Made by a program: the position numbers and the translations under genes. Below the pieces are notes generated by a model. That model had not been told where the DNA came from, ran no database searches, and saw only the letters and a list, made by a program, of their open reading frames with translations. Below, in pieces: positions 63,609 to 64,000 of a stretch of 64,000 nt of DNA (position 1 is its first letter; the number at the start of each line of letters is the position of its first letter). The stretch covers positions 1 to 64,000 of the forward strand of contig CAVWCX010000027.1 in assembly GCA_963753595.1 (NCBI GenBank), written 5' to 3'. Source of the stretch: Candidatus Methanoperedenaceae archaeon. Lineage in GTDB: Archaea > Halobacteriota > Methanosarcinia > Methanosarcinales > Methanoperedenaceae.

Positions 63609-64000
63609 TTACAGAAAAACAGCCGCAGTTAAATACGCCACTGCCAGGTAGCGAAGGAATTTGCCGGTGAATACAAGTATAGAAAACATCTTGAAATTCA
63701 GCCGCAATAATCCGCCAACGACCGTAATTGCATCTCCTATAAAAGGAAGCCATGTAAATAACAGCACATATAAGCCGTATTTGGCAAATATTTTTTCCGC
63801 TTTGTCAAGCTCTCTTGGATCAAATCTCAGGTATTTTTCGACAAGTATTCTTCCCTTAAAACCGATGTAATAGCTTGTGCATGCCCCAAGAAAGTTACCA
63901 ACTGATGCTACCAATACCAGTGCAGGTATGTTGAAATTCTTCTGGACAAGATATACCAGGATGCCTTCGCTTCCGAATGGAAGAATGGTCGATGCCAGGA
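63609..64000 (-). CDS. YqaA/DedA (VTT) membrane protein, 5' end outside the window
   Basis: LASTILPFGSE at the window edge, GNFLGA, WLPFIGD, GKFLRY. Confidence 0.85.
   Translation of the reverse strand, partial: LASTILPFGSEGILVYLVQKNFNIPALVLVASVGNFLGACTSYYIGFKGRILVEKYLRFDPRELDKAEKIFAKYGLYVLLFTWLPFIGDAITVVGGLLRLNFKMFSILVFTGKFLRYLAVAYLTAAVFL

Noticed and set aside
322-63870. Many antisense or nested ORFs in the six-frame track (e.g. 14066-14770, 15539-16210, 26741-27385, 41567-42163, 53621-54208)
   Set aside because: They shadow well-supported genes on the opposite strand and carry no independent motifs
1-64000. CRISPR array
   Set aside because: No run of 25-40 bp repeats with unique spacers was seen and there are no cas genes; the periodic repeats are short 2-3 unit hairpin arms

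Overview
Archaeal chromosomal window with a Methanosarcinales-like gene set (gatE, mfnF, npdG, cofG/cofH, hel308, pheS, tRNA-Leu). An ANME-2d/Ca. Methanoperedens origin is plausible but is an inference. Housekeeping and cofactor genes alternate with accessory material. The main points are: (1) a translationally coupled four-gene NHEJ operon (PrimPol-Ku-ligase/phosphoesterase fusion-DUF72); (2) several short hairpin elements built from 9-10 bp periodic units, one set nested three deep, another next to a GxxExxY gene fragment; (3) an unannotated 44-aa Cys-rich peptide divergent from a Cys-bearing PadR, with two candidate operators between them; (4) tandem NrpR-type operators in front of a glutamate-synthase-like gene; (5) a low-GC ABC-type ATPase gene, an eroded MNT-HEPN pair, a TnpB-like remnant that replaces the 3' end of uppS, and a patchwork of gene fragments near 48-49.5 kb. 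Five genes carry single-base homopolymer frameshifts, including essential gatE, so the assembly probably contains indel errors. Family assignments come from motif recognition by eye; no database search was run.
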